Assembly: GCA_964410905.1 (NCBI GenBank)
Contig: CAYPIR010000009.1
Span: 1 to 61,942, forward strand
Source: an uncultured bacterium
Lineage (GTDB): Bacteria; Omnitrophota; Omnitrophia; Omnitrophales; Aquincolibacteriaceae
Direction of reading: 5' to 3'
Length of the DNA stretch: 61,942 nt
A model generated the notes under the pieces. That model had not been told where the DNA came from. It worked only from the letters and a program-made list of their open reading frames with translations, and searched no databases. Below, piece by piece: positions 1 to 10,001 of this stretch; within the stretch, counting starts at the first letter, position 1; each line of letters begins with the position of its first letter. The position numbers were made by a program, and so were the translations under genes.

Positions 1-59
1 AAGACCAAGCAATCCCGATTCCAAAAAAGGCTTTGTCATTAGTGCGCATGTCAACAAAT

Positions 60-372
60 TCGTGGACAGATTTAGTTAAGCAGCATCGGCGACAAGTCAA
101 TACTTGACAAACAAGCGAGACTTTGTCGTCTCGTCTAGTTTAAATTCGCCGATACGTAATAGCGAATCTGCTTCGCAGCATTTGTCCATTACGTCATCCT
201 GCGCGTTGTTTTTTGATGTCGCAGGATCCAGGTGTTGAGCGCCTCTAGTTGCGCCTATGCGCAACCACTGTCAAGCGAGGCTCAAGGAACGCCTCGTCTT
301 GCCTTGTGGATTCTGCAACGCCACTACGTTCCGTGCAGAATGACTAGATTGTCGCGCTTTCGACAGCGATAA
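60..372. ncRNA. candidate structured RNA or long 5' leader (family not recognised)
   Basis: No ORF of 60 aa or more in any frame over 1-413, yet the composition is not AT-rich like other intergenic DNA here. There is a dense series of perfect local stems: 96-100/104-108, 116-121/128-133, 154-160/188-194, 198-203/220-225, 249-254/259-264, 276-281/291-296, 310-317/334-341. I could not recognise tmRNA, RNase P, SRP, 6S, T-box or common riboswitch cores by eye. Strand is undetermined. Confidence 0.3.
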
Positions 373-488
373 TAAAAAACAAAAACTTTTCAATAAATCT
401 GTCTACGAAATTATTGACTTTTACAATTAGCCTGAACTTACGCCATATATTCGTTGAACTTTCGCACCTTAATCTCGGGCTGGTATTT

Positions 489-1283
489 TTAGCCTTTATA
501 ATATTTCAACGCTTCCGGAATTTCTTTTTCTATATCAGAAATACGGCGAGCGTTCGCGGGGTGAGTGGACAAAATCTCCGGCGATGTTGTTCCTCCAAGC
601 GAACTCATCCGTTGCCAAAAGACGGTAGCTTGACGCGGGTCATAGCCTGCGCGCGCCATTAAAATAAGCCCTATTCTGTCCGCTTCGGATTCATGACTCC
701 GGCTATAGGGAAGAAGAATTCCCACTTGAGAACCTGCACCATATGCCTGCATTAAAATTTGTTGGGCTAAAGCAGGTTTGTTTTGAATAAGAGTCGCGAG
801 ACCCGTTCCTCCAGCCTGAACTAAGAGCTGCTGACTCATACGTTCTCCGCCATGATTAGCAATCGCGTGAGCAACTTCATGACTCATAACAGTCGCCAAA
901 CCAATATCGTCTTTCACAACGGGCAAAATTCCCGTATAAACAACTATTTTCCCTCCGGGCATGCAAAACGCGTTAACGGTCGCGGCATCATCTATCAAAT
1001 TAAATTCCCAGTTGTAATTTTCCAGTTCAGACTCAAGCCCATTTTCACGCATAAATAATTCAGCGGAAGACGCTATTTTCCGTCCAACGGTATTCACTCT
1101 GTTTGTCCAATCAGCATTGCTAGAAAGTTGCGATCGGTTTAATACTTCTTTATATTCTTGGTCGCTAAAACTCAAAAGTTGTCCTTGAGGAATAAACGAA
1201 AGCTGCTTGCGTCCTGTTATGGGAACCGACGCGCAGCCAGCCAGAACGATTAAAGCGGAAAGAATTAGGGCAAGTTTTTTCAT
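489..1283 (-). CDS. M48-family zinc metallopeptidase, probable lipoprotein
   Basis: HEVAHAIANH (HExxH) motif. N-terminal signal with lipobox (LAGC). The 264-aa length fits small M48 peptidases. Confidence 0.85.
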   Translation of the reverse strand: MKKLALILSALIVLAGCASVPITGRKQLSFIPQGQLLSFSDQEYKEVLNRSQLSSNADWTNRVNTVGRKIASSAELFMRENGLESELENYNWEFNLIDDAATVNAFCMPGGKIVVYTGILPVVKDDIGLATVMSHEVAHAIANHGGERMSQQLLVQAGGTGLATLIQNKPALAQQILMQAYGAGSQVGILLPYSRSHESEADRIGLILMARAGYDPRQATVFWQRMSSLGGTTSPEILSTHPANARRISDIEKEIPEALKYYKG

Positions 1284-1375
1284 GCGATACCTTTCAAGTT
1301 AAGATTGTTGTAAAACAATAAAACCGTTTTGCATTATATACAATTTTTTTAGAGCAACAAGCCTGTATTCCCGGT

Positions 1376-2620
1376 TTATCGCGATAATTCGGCATACTTC
1401 GCGATTGCATTTGCAACCGCGGCTCCGCTTGCCCAAGCCCACTGAAAATTAAATCCGCCGAGCCGTCCGTCGACATCCAAAACCTCGCCGGCAAAATAAA
1501 TCCCTTTGCTCAATTTTGACTCAAGCGTTTTCGCGTCGACTTCACTCATATCTATTCCGCCGGTCGTAACTTCGGCTTTGTCATATCCTAGAGTTTTTGA
1601 CACCGGCAAAGGATAATGAAAGAGCAATTTAAGAAAATAGTCCCGTTTGTTTTTGGGAATTTGATTTGCTTTTATTTGTACCGAGATTTGATTTTGTTTC
1701 AGTAAGATCTCAATAAGCCGTTCGGGCAGATACACCGATAAAACTCTTTTAAAACTTCTATCACCGTTCGATTCAATGGTTTTTTTTACTTCGTTTAAAA
1801 ACTCGCTTTCAGTTTTTGACAGAATAAATCGTGCCAAAATTTTCTTATCATGACCACTCGCCTTATTCCACGCCCCGCTCAAATCCATTACAGCAGGTCC
1901 GCTAAACCCAAAATGCGTCCATAAAAACGCGCCGTTAGACTGTCGAACTTTTTTCTCATCCACAAGCAATGTCAACTCGACATCGAGCGTTATTCCCGCT
2001 ATGGATTTCCAATCCGCGTCATTTGTCAAAAAAGGAACAAGCGAAGGATGGGTTTTTGTGATTCTATGCCCAATTTTTTTTGCGAGTTCATATCCAAAAC
2101 CGTCAGAACCTGTCGCGGGATAAGAAAGTCCGCCTGTAGCAATAACCACGCTTTTTGCATCAATATTAAAATTATCGCCTGAAACTTCATAAGCGCCGTC
2201 TTTTTTTGAAATGTTTTTCACTTTGTGCTCTTTTAAAATTTCGACATTCAAACCACTGCAGCATTTCAAAAGCGCGTCTAACACAACTCGCGCCGATTGC
2301 TCTTCAGGAAAATATTTCGTCATTTCTTCCAAAGTCAACAAAACATTTTGCTCTTTAAAAAATTCTATTACTTTGGAAACAGGAAATGCCGCCAAAACAT
2401 TACGCACCGTCCGCTCTTCCGTTGTTATGTAATCCTTTGCCTCAACTTTAAGATTAGTAACATTGCATCTTCCGCCGCCGGACATCAGCAATTTTTTTCC
2501 GATGTTTTTTTGTCCGTCTAAAACAAGCGCGCGCAAACCACGCCGAGCCGACATAATTGCCGTCATCAGTCCCGCGGGACCCGCGCCAATAATAATTAAA
2601 TTGTTATCTAGTCGCGTCAT
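1376..2620 (-). CDS. HI0933/BaiN-like NAD(P)/FAD-dependent oxidoreductase
   Basis: N-terminal IIIGAGPAGL dinucleotide-binding motif and the GGGRCNVTN motif typical of HI0933-like flavoproteins. 414 aa. Confidence 0.8.
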   Translation of the reverse strand: MTRLDNNLIIIGAGPAGLMTAIMSARRGLRALVLDGQKNIGKKLLMSGGGRCNVTNLKVEAKDYITTEERTVRNVLAAFPVSKVIEFFKEQNVLLTLEEMTKYFPEEQSARVVLDALLKCCSGLNVEILKEHKVKNISKKDGAYEVSGDNFNIDAKSVVIATGGLSYPATGSDGFGYELAKKIGHRITKTHPSLVPFLTNDADWKSIAGITLDVELTLLVDEKKVRQSNGAFLWTHFGFSGPAVMDLSGAWNKASGHDKKILARFILSKTESEFLNEVKKTIESNGDRSFKRVLSVYLPERLIEILLKQNQISVQIKANQIPKNKRDYFLKLLFHYPLPVSKTLGYDKAEVTTGGIDMSEVDAKTLESKLSKGIYFAGEVLDVDGRLGGFNFQWAWASGAAVANAIAKYAELSR

Positions 2621-2628
2621 ATACTCCT

Positions 2629-2675
2629 AAAATAAAAAAGGCAGTCTCGACAAATAAACATTTACCGAGACTGCC
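2629..2675 (-). terminator. Rho-independent terminator downstream of the cyclophilin gene
   Basis: Perfect 10-bp stem GGCAGTCTCG / CGAGACTGCC (2640-2649 / 2666-2675), followed on the minus strand by TTTTTTATTTT. It lies 17 nt after the stop at 2693. Confidence 0.7.
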
Positions 2676-2692
2676 CGTTTTGAAAACAAATG

Positions 2693-3343
2693 TTATTCAA
2701 GAATCGTAACTTTTTTCATTTCTATTTTTTGCACAGGCTTGTCGCTTCTGTCGCGCGGCGCATGCGCTATTTTCAGCACAACATCAAGCCCGTCTGTAAC
2801 TTGCCCGAATACTGAATGTCTATCATCAAGCCAAGAGGTTTCAACTTCAGTGATAAAAAACTGACTGCCATTTGTGTTGGGTCCTGAATTCGCCATCGAA
2901 AGCACGCCGGGCTTATCGTGACGAAGTTTCGGCGAAAATTCATCAGCAAATTGATAACCCGGTCCGCCCATTCCTGTCCCTGTTGGATCGCCAGTTTGAA
3001 TCATAAAATTAGGGATGACTCTATGAAAAATAATCCCGTCATAAAAGCCTTTATTCGCAAGATCGATAAAATTTTTAACCGTATTGGGAACTTCTTCGGC
3101 ATAAAGATCCGCGTAAATATCACCAAACGTAGTTTCGATTTTAACTTTCACAATTTTCTCTCCTTTTTCAGTTTGTTCTTCTTTTGTAGTAATAATTGTT
3201 TCCGCGGGCACTGCCTCTTCAACATTTTTTTCTGTTGCAATTTCCGCCGTCGCGTCAGAGGCCGACTGTTTTTTTATGTCCTGCGACACAGAGGCGCAGC
3301 CAAGCAAAAATAAACAACTTAAAACCAAAACTGTTTTTTTCAT
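2693..3343 (-). CDS. cyclophilin-type peptidyl-prolyl cis-trans isomerase, lipoprotein
   Basis: [15 protein letters not shown] and GSQFFIT cyclophilin motifs. Signal and lipobox [18 protein letters not shown]. Start trimmed to the ATG at 3343, preceded by a GAGGG SD; the track ORF runs to 3406 into typA. Confidence 0.85.
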   Translation of the reverse strand: MKKTVLVLSCLFLLGCASVSQDIKKQSASDATAEIATEKNVEEAVPAETIITTKEEQTEKGEKIVKVKIETTFGDIYADLYAEEVPNTVKNFIDLANKGFYDGIIFHRVIPNFMIQTGDPTGTGMGGPGYQFADEFSPKLRHDKPGVLSMANSGPNTNGSQFFITEVETSWLDDRHSVFGQVTDGLDVVLKIAHAPRDRSDKPVQKIEMKKVTILE

Positions 3344-3377
3344 AATTTCCCTCTCTGTTATTAAATAGCAAAAATTA

Positions 3378-5261
3378 CTAACTCCCGCTGAGGCCTTTGC
3401 CTGCATTAATTCTCGCCGCTGTTTTACGCTCGTTTTCCGTCAGATAACGCTTGCGAAGCCTAATCGATTTCGGCGTAATTTCGACAAGTTCGTCTTCTTC
3501 TATGAACTCAAGCGCGAATTCAAGCGTCATTTTGCGAGGCGGAATAAGTTGAATCGCTTCGTCCGCTCCGGATGAACGCATATTGGTTTGCTTTTTCTCG
3601 CGTATTGCATTAACTGGCAAATCATGCCCTTTGTTATTTACGCCGACAAGCATTCCCTCGTATAAAACATCGCCCGGCTGAACGAAAATTTCTCCTCTAT
3701 CTTGCAAGCCCCAAAGCGAGTAAGCGACCGCTTTCCCGTCAAATTGAGAAATCAAAACTCCCGATTGCCGCTCCGGCATTTCTCCTTTGAACAATTGATA
3801 TTCATAAAAATTTTGATACATCATTCCTGTGCCGCGAGTCATTACCACAAACTCATTACGGAAGCCAAGGAGCGCCCGCGAAGCAACCCAAAACTCCATA
3901 CGGACAGTGCCACCAACCGCGCTCACGTTCATATGCTTCATTTCAGCGCGTCTTGTGCCGAGCGCTTCAATCACTTGTCCTTGATATGCCAAATCGACTT
4001 CTATTGTTACTTCTTCAACTGGCTCATATTTTTCGCCATCAATAACTTTCAAAATAACTTTAGGAGGCGACACTTCAAGTTCGTAGCCTTCGCGCCTCAT
4101 AGTTTCAATCAAAATCGCAAGATGCAGCTCTCCGCGTCCCGAAACCTTAAACCGTTCGCCATTATCAACTTCTTCGACCTTCACGCCGACATTCATCATA
4201 GCCTCGTGCTCAAGACGTTCTCGAATATGCCGTGATGTCAAAAATTTTCCGCCGTCTTTTCCCGCCAAAGGGCTCGTGTTGTGAGAAAAATACATAGAAA
4301 TTGTCGGCTCATCAATTTTAAGAGTCGGCAGAGCTTCCGGTTTTTCAGGAGACGCTAGAGTCTCTCCAACTTTAATATCATCAATACCCGCGATGGAAAT
4401 AATGTCTCCCGCCAAAGCCTCTTGTGTCTCAATACGATTCAAACCTTGATACTTCAAAATCTTTGTTACTTTGCCACGCACGATTTCGCCGCCTCTTTTC
4501 ACTGCCACTATTGAATCACCGTAATGAACCGCGCCATGTGCCACGCGTCCAATGGCAATTCTCCCAACATAGTTATCATAATCAAGCATTGTCGCAAGCA
4601 TTTGAAACGGCAGCTCGGCATCAGCCACCGGAGGCAAAACTCTATGCAAAATGGTTTCAAGAAGAGGAGTCATGTCTTTACGTTCATCTTCAAGATTAAG
4701 CGATGCCCAGCCATCGCGGCCTGAGGCGTAAACGACAGGGAAATCAAGCTGCTCGTCCGTGGCATTTAGCTCGCAAAAAAGGTCAAATGTCATGTTCATC
4801 ACTTCATGCGGACGGCAATTCGGGCGGTCAATTTTATTTACAACAAGAACAGGTTTTAAATGAAGCTCAAGAGATTTTTTCAAAACGAATTTGGTTTGAG
4901 GCATTGGTCCGTCATACGCGTCCACAAGAAGCAATACTCCGTCAACCATCTTCAAAATCCGCTCTACTTCGCTTCCAAAATCCGCGTGTCCCGGCGTGTC
5001 GACAATATTAAATTGAACATCTTTATAACGAAAAGACGCGTTTTTAGAAAAAATCGTAATTCCTCGCTCGCGCTCAATGTCGTTAGAATCCATAATCGTG
5101 GACTCCCCCGCTTCAAATTTATACGCTCCGCTTTGTTTCAAAAGTGCGTCAACAAGCGTTGTTTTCCCATGGTCAACGTGCGCGACAATAGCGACATTAC
5201 GAACATCTTCCCTTCTCTTCTGCTTCAACTCAAATTCCTTTAACGGTTTATTTTTCCCCAA
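3378..5261 (-). CDS. typA: translational GTPase TypA/BipA
   Basis: G motifs [20 protein letters not shown] and NKID, with TypA-like length and C-terminal region. The track start is TTG. An alternative TTG at 5228 with an AAGGAA SD would remove the overlap with the upstream gene. Confidence 0.9.
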   Translation of the reverse strand: MGKNKPLKEFELKQKRREDVRNVAIVAHVDHGKTTLVDALLKQSGAYKFEAGESTIMDSNDIERERGITIFSKNASFRYKDVQFNIVDTPGHADFGSEVERILKMVDGVLLLVDAYDGPMPQTKFVLKKSLELHLKPVLVVNKIDRPNCRPHEVMNMTFDLFCELNATDEQLDFPVVYASGRDGWASLNLEDERKDMTPLLETILHRVLPPVADAELPFQMLATMLDYDNYVGRIAIGRVAHGAVHYGDSIVAVKRGGEIVRGKVTKILKYQGLNRIETQEALAGDIISIAGIDDIKVGETLASPEKPEALPTLKIDEPTISMYFSHNTSPLAGKDGGKFLTSRHIRERLEHEAMMNVGVKVEEVDNGERFKVSGRGELHLAILIETMRREGYELEVSPPKVILKVIDGEKYEPVEEVTIEVDLAYQGQVIEALGTRRAEMKHMNVSAVGGTVRMEFWVASRALLGFRNEFVVMTRGTGMMYQNFYEYQLFKGEMPERQSGVLISQFDGKAVAYSLWGLQDRGEIFVQPGDVLYEGMLVGVNNKGHDLPVNAIREKKQTNMRSSGADEAIQLIPPRKMTLEFALEFIEEDELVEITPKSIRLRKRYLTENERKTAARINAGKGLSGS

Positions 5262-5740
5262 TGAATGACTTCAGACAATGAACGGTTTTTGTGTTGGGGC
5301 GTTTCTTTAACCGCCCAGCCGACAGAAATCAAACTAATAAGTTTTAGATATGACGGCGCGTTGCAAATTTTAGCCACATCTTCGCAATATTCTTTTTTGT
5401 CGCCCGCGATCCAGCACGCTCCGATACCAAGAGCAGTGGCGGCAAGCAAAATATTTTCTGTCGCGGCGCTTCCATCTTCCAAATAATATTTTGTATCTGT
5501 ACAAAATACGACAATACATGCTGCCGCTTGTTTCAAAAAAAGCCCTGTCCCGATCATTCCCGCAAGCTTATCAAGCGTAGAACGCTCAGTAATTACAACA
5601 AACTCCCAAGGTTCTACTGCACGGGCGGTCGGCGCGCGGCGGCCGGCATCGACCAATTTTTCCAGTAATTCTTTTGCCACAGGCCGATTCAAATACTCAC
5701 GGATGCTCGCGCGTTTTGAAATTGTTTCAAATGTTTCCAT
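5240..5740 (-). CDS. nitroreductase-family protein
   Basis: 166 aa. The N-terminal RASIREY..PV....L..L..A.RAPTA pattern is typical of the NADH oxidase/nitroreductase fold. Confidence 0.75.
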   Translation of the reverse strand: METFETISKRASIREYLNRPVAKELLEKLVDAGRRAPTARAVEPWEFVVITERSTLDKLAGMIGTGLFLKQAAACIVVFCTDTKYYLEDGSAATENILLAATALGIGACWIAGDKKEYCEDVAKICNAPSYLKLISLISVGWAVKETPQHKNRSLSEVIHWGKINR

Positions 5741-6945
5741 TATTTTGCACCTTTCACAATCTCTGCTATCTTTTTTCCCTGCTCATAACAAGCCGCAAGC
5801 TGCGTTTCGTCCGGTGCGTACACAACCGATAAAAGGAGTGAAACAGTCTCAATCCCCGCGGTTTTCAATTCTTCTTCAAGCTTCTTAAGCGCCAGCCCTG
5901 ACCAACCATAAGAACCGAACGCAAATCCCTTTCGTCCTTTTGGCCTTATTCCTTTCAGCGCTTCTATAAACGAAACCATACTCGGCAAAATCCCGCTGTC
6001 ATGATTTGAAGAGCCGACAATAAAGGCTCGTGCGTCAAGCATATCGGCCAGAACTTCCGTTCTATCGGCCTCTGCCATGTTATAAACATTGAACTTCACG
6101 CCGCCCGCATCTTGAATTCCGTCCGCGATTCTGCGCGCCATTTTCGCCGTAGAACCCCACATGGTTTCGTAAGCAATAATAATTTTAGGTTCAGTTTCTC
6201 CCGCCGCCCATTTTTTGTATGAGTTAATAATCTTAGCGGGATCGCGCCGCCAACTAATTCCGTGAGATGTCGCGATAATTTTTATTGGCAGATTTAACTT
6301 TTCTATTTCCTCAAGCCGCGCCGCGATCAAATTGTTAAATGGCCATAAAATCCCCGCGTAATATTTCTTCGCTTCTTCCATCAAAATATCTTGCGAGACT
6401 TCGTCATCAAACCTTTCGCTTGTCGCGTAATGCTGCCCGAACGCGTCGTTAGAAAACAAAATCCCGTCTTCTTCCAAAAAACTCATCATGCTGTCAGGCC
6501 AATGAATCATCGGGATTTCAATAAACTGAAGCGCGCGTTTTCCAAGTGATAATTTGTCGCCGGTTTTTAAGACATTAAAATTAAATTTTTGTCCGTAATA
6601 TCTCTCAAGCCCCGCGCCCGCTTTTGCCGTGCCGTAAAATTTAGCATTTGGACAAACCTTCGCGACTTCGGGAAGCGCTTGCGAATGATCGGGCTCAATG
6701 TGATTAACAATAACAGTATCAATCTTAGAAGGTTCTATGACAGATTTAATACGTTCAAACATTTCGTCCGTAAATTTGCCATACACGCCGTCCACAAGCG
6801 TGATTTTTTCATCGATTATTAAATAAGCGTTATAAGTCGTCCCGCGTTTTGTAGTAAAAGTTTGTCCGTGGAAATAATACGCGTCCCAATCAATCGCGCC
6901 CACCCACCAGACATTTTCCGTTACTTTCATTGCTTTCATATGCAT
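5740..6945 (-). CDS. flavodiiron protein (FprA-type; metallo-beta-lactamase plus flavodoxin domains)
   Basis: NHIEPDHS di-iron motif in an N-terminal MBL-like domain and a C-terminal flavodoxin-like domain (IIAYETMWGSTAKMA). 401 aa. Confidence 0.85.
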   Translation of the reverse strand: MHMKAMKVTENVWWVGAIDWDAYYFHGQTFTTKRGTTYNAYLIIDEKITLVDGVYGKFTDEMFERIKSVIEPSKIDTVIVNHIEPDHSQALPEVAKVCPNAKFYGTAKAGAGLERYYGQKFNFNVLKTGDKLSLGKRALQFIEIPMIHWPDSMMSFLEEDGILFSNDAFGQHYATSERFDDEVSQDILMEEAKKYYAGILWPFNNLIAARLEEIEKLNLPIKIIATSHGISWRRDPAKIINSYKKWAAGETEPKIIIAYETMWGSTAKMARRIADGIQDAGGVKFNVYNMAEADRTEVLADMLDARAFIVGSSNHDSGILPSMVSFIEALKGIRPKGRKGFAFGSYGWSGLALKKLEEELKTAGIETVSLLLSVVYAPDETQLAACYEQGKKIAEIVKGAK

Positions 6946-7007
6946 ATCCTTTGTGTATCGTTTGTGTATATTTTGTACGTCCTCATTAAAACACAGAATA
7001 CAAACTA

Positions 7008-8762
7008 CTATTTTCCCTCAAACACATTATCCATAACTGCGCCGGTGTGCGCGCTCAAAACATGCTCAGCGTATCTGCCGAGCCAGCCGCCCGTTACTTT
7101 CGCCGGCGGAAGTTTGAGTTTCTTCAAACGCTTTTTAATTTCCGTCGAAGAAAGTTCGACATCAAGCGTCCTCTTGTCCGCATCTATTTTAATAATGTCT
7201 CCGTCTTCAATAATTGCTATCGGTCCGCCCGCCGCAGCCTCCGGCGAAATATGTCCTATACAAAGACCGCGCGTTCCGCCCGAAAATCTTCCGTCCGTAA
7301 TAAGCGCCGCTTTGAGTCCTCGTCCTTTTAAAGCAGCCGTAGGCGATAACATTTCCATCATTCCCGGTCCGCCGCGAGGCCCTTCATAGCGAATTACCAC
7401 TACATCGCCGTCTTTGACATCTCCGCGCAAAATTGCTTCAAGCGATTCATCTTGAGAGTTGTAGCACTTAGCTTTCCCGCGAAACTGCATCATATCTTTG
7501 TCCACTCCCGCGGTTTTTACAACAGCGCCTTCCGGAGCGATATTGCCGTAAAGAATCGCAAGCCCGCCTTTTAAAGAAAAAACATCTTTTCCGGTTCTGA
7601 TAATATCGCCGTCCGCATCAGGCGCGCGTTTTACAACATCATTCAAAGTTCCAAAACAAGTCTTGAGATTTAGATTTAATTCTTTCACGCCTTCCTTCTT
7701 TACCGCTTTTAAAATCGCGGCAATTCCGCCGACTCGGTAAATGTCTTCCATATGAACATCAGGGCGCGATGGCGAAACTTTGCAAACCGTAGGCGTTACT
7801 TTGGCAAGTTTGTTTATTCGTTCAAGCGAATAAGGAATTTGCGCTTCGCAAGCAAGCGCGAGCGTGTGCAAAACTGTGTTGCTTGAACCTCCCATCGCCA
7901 TATCCAAAATGAAAGCGTTATCGATAGACGCTTTCGTTACGATGTCGCGCGGACAAATTTTCTTTTTAAGCAAGTCGCCGAGCGTATCCGCTGCGCGCTC
8001 TACAAGTTTGATTCTCTCCGGATTTATTTTCCACTCCAGCTTGGCTTTGTTCGTCCACACAGCTGCGGGGATTGTCCCGTTACCGGGTTGCGCAAGACCA
8101 ATCGCCTCCGCAAGACAATTCATAGAATTTGCCGTAAACATTCCCGCGCAACTTCCGCAAGTGCGGCATGCTCCGCCCGCAAGTTTTTCAAGAGCCGACG
8201 ACGACATATTGCCCGCAGCTTCTTTGCCGACTCCTTCAAAAATTGTAATAAGGTCTGTTTTGTTCGCGCCTGCGAGCATCGGACCGCCGCTCACATAAAC
8301 AGACGGGATATTAAGCCTAACCATAGCGTTCAACATACCGGGAATGATTTTGTCGCAATTGCCGATACCAATCCAGCCGTCGCAAGGATGCGCGCCGACA
8401 ATAGATTCAATTTGATCTGTTATGAGCTCGCGGGATGGCAAAGAATATTTCATGCCGAAATGTCCCATCGCAATTCCGTCGCAAATCGCCGCTCCGATGT
8501 TGGCATACCAAACGTTGTAGTCTTTTTTCTTCAACTCCTCGACCAACCTCTCACCAAGCACGTTCAAATGAACATGTCCGGGTATATGTGTCGTATACGA
8601 ATTAATGACGGTAACAAATGGTTTTTGGCGGTCGCTGATTTTATTAATAACGCCAGTCGCGACCATAAGTCCGGCGGACGGAAGCATATGATTTCCCTCA
8701 GCGACAATTCTGCTTCCGCGTTTTTGAATAGCTTCTATTCCTGAGTTAACAAACTTTGGCAT
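7008..8762 (-). CDS. ilvD: dihydroxy-acid dehydratase
   Basis: IlvD/Edd motifs [19 protein letters not shown] and [12 protein letters not shown]. 584 aa. Confidence 0.9.
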   Translation of the reverse strand: MPKFVNSGIEAIQKRGSRIVAEGNHMLPSAGLMVATGVINKISDRQKPFVTVINSYTTHIPGHVHLNVLGERLVEELKKKDYNVWYANIGAAICDGIAMGHFGMKYSLPSRELITDQIESIVGAHPCDGWIGIGNCDKIIPGMLNAMVRLNIPSVYVSGGPMLAGANKTDLITIFEGVGKEAAGNMSSSALEKLAGGACRTCGSCAGMFTANSMNCLAEAIGLAQPGNGTIPAAVWTNKAKLEWKINPERIKLVERAADTLGDLLKKKICPRDIVTKASIDNAFILDMAMGGSSNTVLHTLALACEAQIPYSLERINKLAKVTPTVCKVSPSRPDVHMEDIYRVGGIAAILKAVKKEGVKELNLNLKTCFGTLNDVVKRAPDADGDIIRTGKDVFSLKGGLAILYGNIAPEGAVVKTAGVDKDMMQFRGKAKCYNSQDESLEAILRGDVKDGDVVVIRYEGPRGGPGMMEMLSPTAALKGRGLKAALITDGRFSGGTRGLCIGHISPEAAAGGPIAIIEDGDIIKIDADKRTLDVELSSTEIKKRLKKLKLPPAKVTGGWLGRYAEHVLSAHTGAVMDNVFEGK

Positions 8763-8953
8763 TTTATTTTCTCCCTATTTTTTATTCATTTCTGCATTTG
8801 CAAAATTTGCGCATTTCAACTAGTCCGGGGACAAATTTTATTATCAAAAGAAACAAAGCAATGCCGCATGAAATAGCGAAGGCTTGTTTTTGATAATAAA
8901 ATTTCAATCGTGATAACCCGCCGACTAACGCAAAAGCGAAATGTCCCGTTTCC

Positions 8954-9895
8954 CTATTTCCCCACATACTCCAGCATTTTGTCCACTGCCGCTTTTGCGC
9001 GGACGCGTATAGATTCTTCAACTTTGATAACATAACGATTCTTTTCTAACGAATCCACAATATCCTTTGGTGTAGTCATTTTCATCATCGGACAAATCAA
9101 ATAATCGGACGCGGTATAAAAAGTCTTATCTGGATTTTCAAGTTTTAATCGGTGCAAAAGCCCGATTTCTGTTCCCACAACAAATTCCGTTCCCGCGGCC
9201 TGCGTCCGGGCATACTTAAGCATTCCCGAAGTGCTTCCTACAAAATCAGCCAATTCTAAGACATCAGACTTGCATTCCGGGTGCATAATAACTTTGGCTT
9301 TTGGATATTTAGCCCGCGCTTTTTCAATAGCAAAAGTAGACAAAAGCGCGTGAGTCGGGCAGCACCCATCCCAGAAAATCATTTCGCGTTTGGCGACTTT
9401 TGCCGCGTATCGTCCAAGATTTCCGTCCGGAGCGAAAATGATTTGCTTATCGCGGTCTATTGATTGAACAATTTCAACCGCATTTGCCGATGTGCAGCAA
9501 ATATCGGTTTCCGCCTTAACCTCAGCCGAACTATTAACATAGGTAACAACAACCGCGTCAGGATATTTTTTTTTCATCTCGCGAATTTCATCTGCGTTGG
9601 CATAATCAGCCAAAGTGCAGCCCGCCTCAGCAACCGGCAGTAAAACCGTTTTGTCAGGCGACAAAATAGACGCGGTCTCCGCCATAAATTGCACGCCGCA
9701 AAAAACTATAACCTTCGCCTGAGTTTCCGCGGCCTTGCGGCTAAGCTCTAATGAATCGCCCGTAAAATCCGCCAAATCTTGCACTTCCGGCGATTGATAG
9801 TTATGCGCCAAAATAACGGCTTCGCGTTCCGCTTTAAGCTGCAGAATGCGCGAAAGAATTTCTTCGTTGTTTGATTTTTTTGAAAAGTCGCTCAT
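8954..9895 (-). CDS. nadA: quinolinate synthase A
   Basis: NadA-like sequence along the full length (ILAHNYQ, VNSSAEVKA, IMHPEC). Start trimmed to the ATG at 9895, preceded by an AGGAGAAAG SD; the track ORF extends to 9982. Confidence 0.9.
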   Translation of the reverse strand: MSDFSKKSNNEEILSRILQLKAEREAVILAHNYQSPEVQDLADFTGDSLELSRKAAETQAKVIVFCGVQFMAETASILSPDKTVLLPVAEAGCTLADYANADEIREMKKKYPDAVVVTYVNSSAEVKAETDICCTSANAVEIVQSIDRDKQIIFAPDGNLGRYAAKVAKREMIFWDGCCPTHALLSTFAIEKARAKYPKAKVIMHPECKSDVLELADFVGSTSGMLKYARTQAAGTEFVVGTEIGLLHRLKLENPDKTFYTASDYLICPMMKMTTPKDIVDSLEKNRYVIKVEESIRVRAKAAVDKMLEYVGK

Positions 9896-10001
9896 AAATA
9901 CACTTTCTCCTATGAATAGCTGAAATGAATTTTGGGAGGTGTAAAAGAAACGTAGTTTACTTGTTTTCCCCACCGCTTGCAAGATAACACAAACGTCTTA
10001 A

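Noticed and set aside
1-413. Identification of the left-edge tract as tmRNA, RNase P RNA, SRP RNA, 6S RNA, a T-box, or a cobalamin, lysine or TPP riboswitch
   Set aside because: I looked on both strands for several cores. These were GGGGCUGA...UUCGA...CCACCA (tmRNA), GAGGAAAGUCC and ACAGAANNCCGGCUUA (RNase P), the T-box AGGGUGGUACCGCG, and CUGAGA (TPP). I also looked for the B12 box. Only short chance-level fragments were found (CCACTGT, CTGTCCACGA, TAGAGGCGC), and the surrounding context was inconsistent.
414-662. 82-aa plus-strand ORF at the 3' end of the M48 peptidase gene
   Set aside because: It is antisense to a strongly supported gene with an HExxH motif. It has low-complexity composition, no SD and no recognisable family.
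1294-1494. 66-aa minus-strand ORF overlapping the 3' end of the HI0933-like flavoprotein gene
   Set aside because: It is out of frame with, and mostly inside, a well-supported gene. No motif and no SD.
3702-4235. Plus-strand ORFs throughout the track (for example 3702-4235, 7864-8298, 8088-8744, 34491-35126, 52049-52465)
   Set aside because: All lie antisense inside well-supported minus-strand genes and translate to R/K/F/S-rich low-complexity sequence. These are typical shadow ORFs, and none has a recognisable motif.
8782-9033. 83-aa minus-strand ORF spanning the nadA 3' end and the nadA-ilvD spacer
   Set aside because: Its first 26 codons overlap nadA in another frame, and there is no ATG or SD in the free part. 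Only the distal 41 codons (TTG start at 8907) could be real. They are mentioned only as a speculative leader peptide in the inverted-repeat finding.
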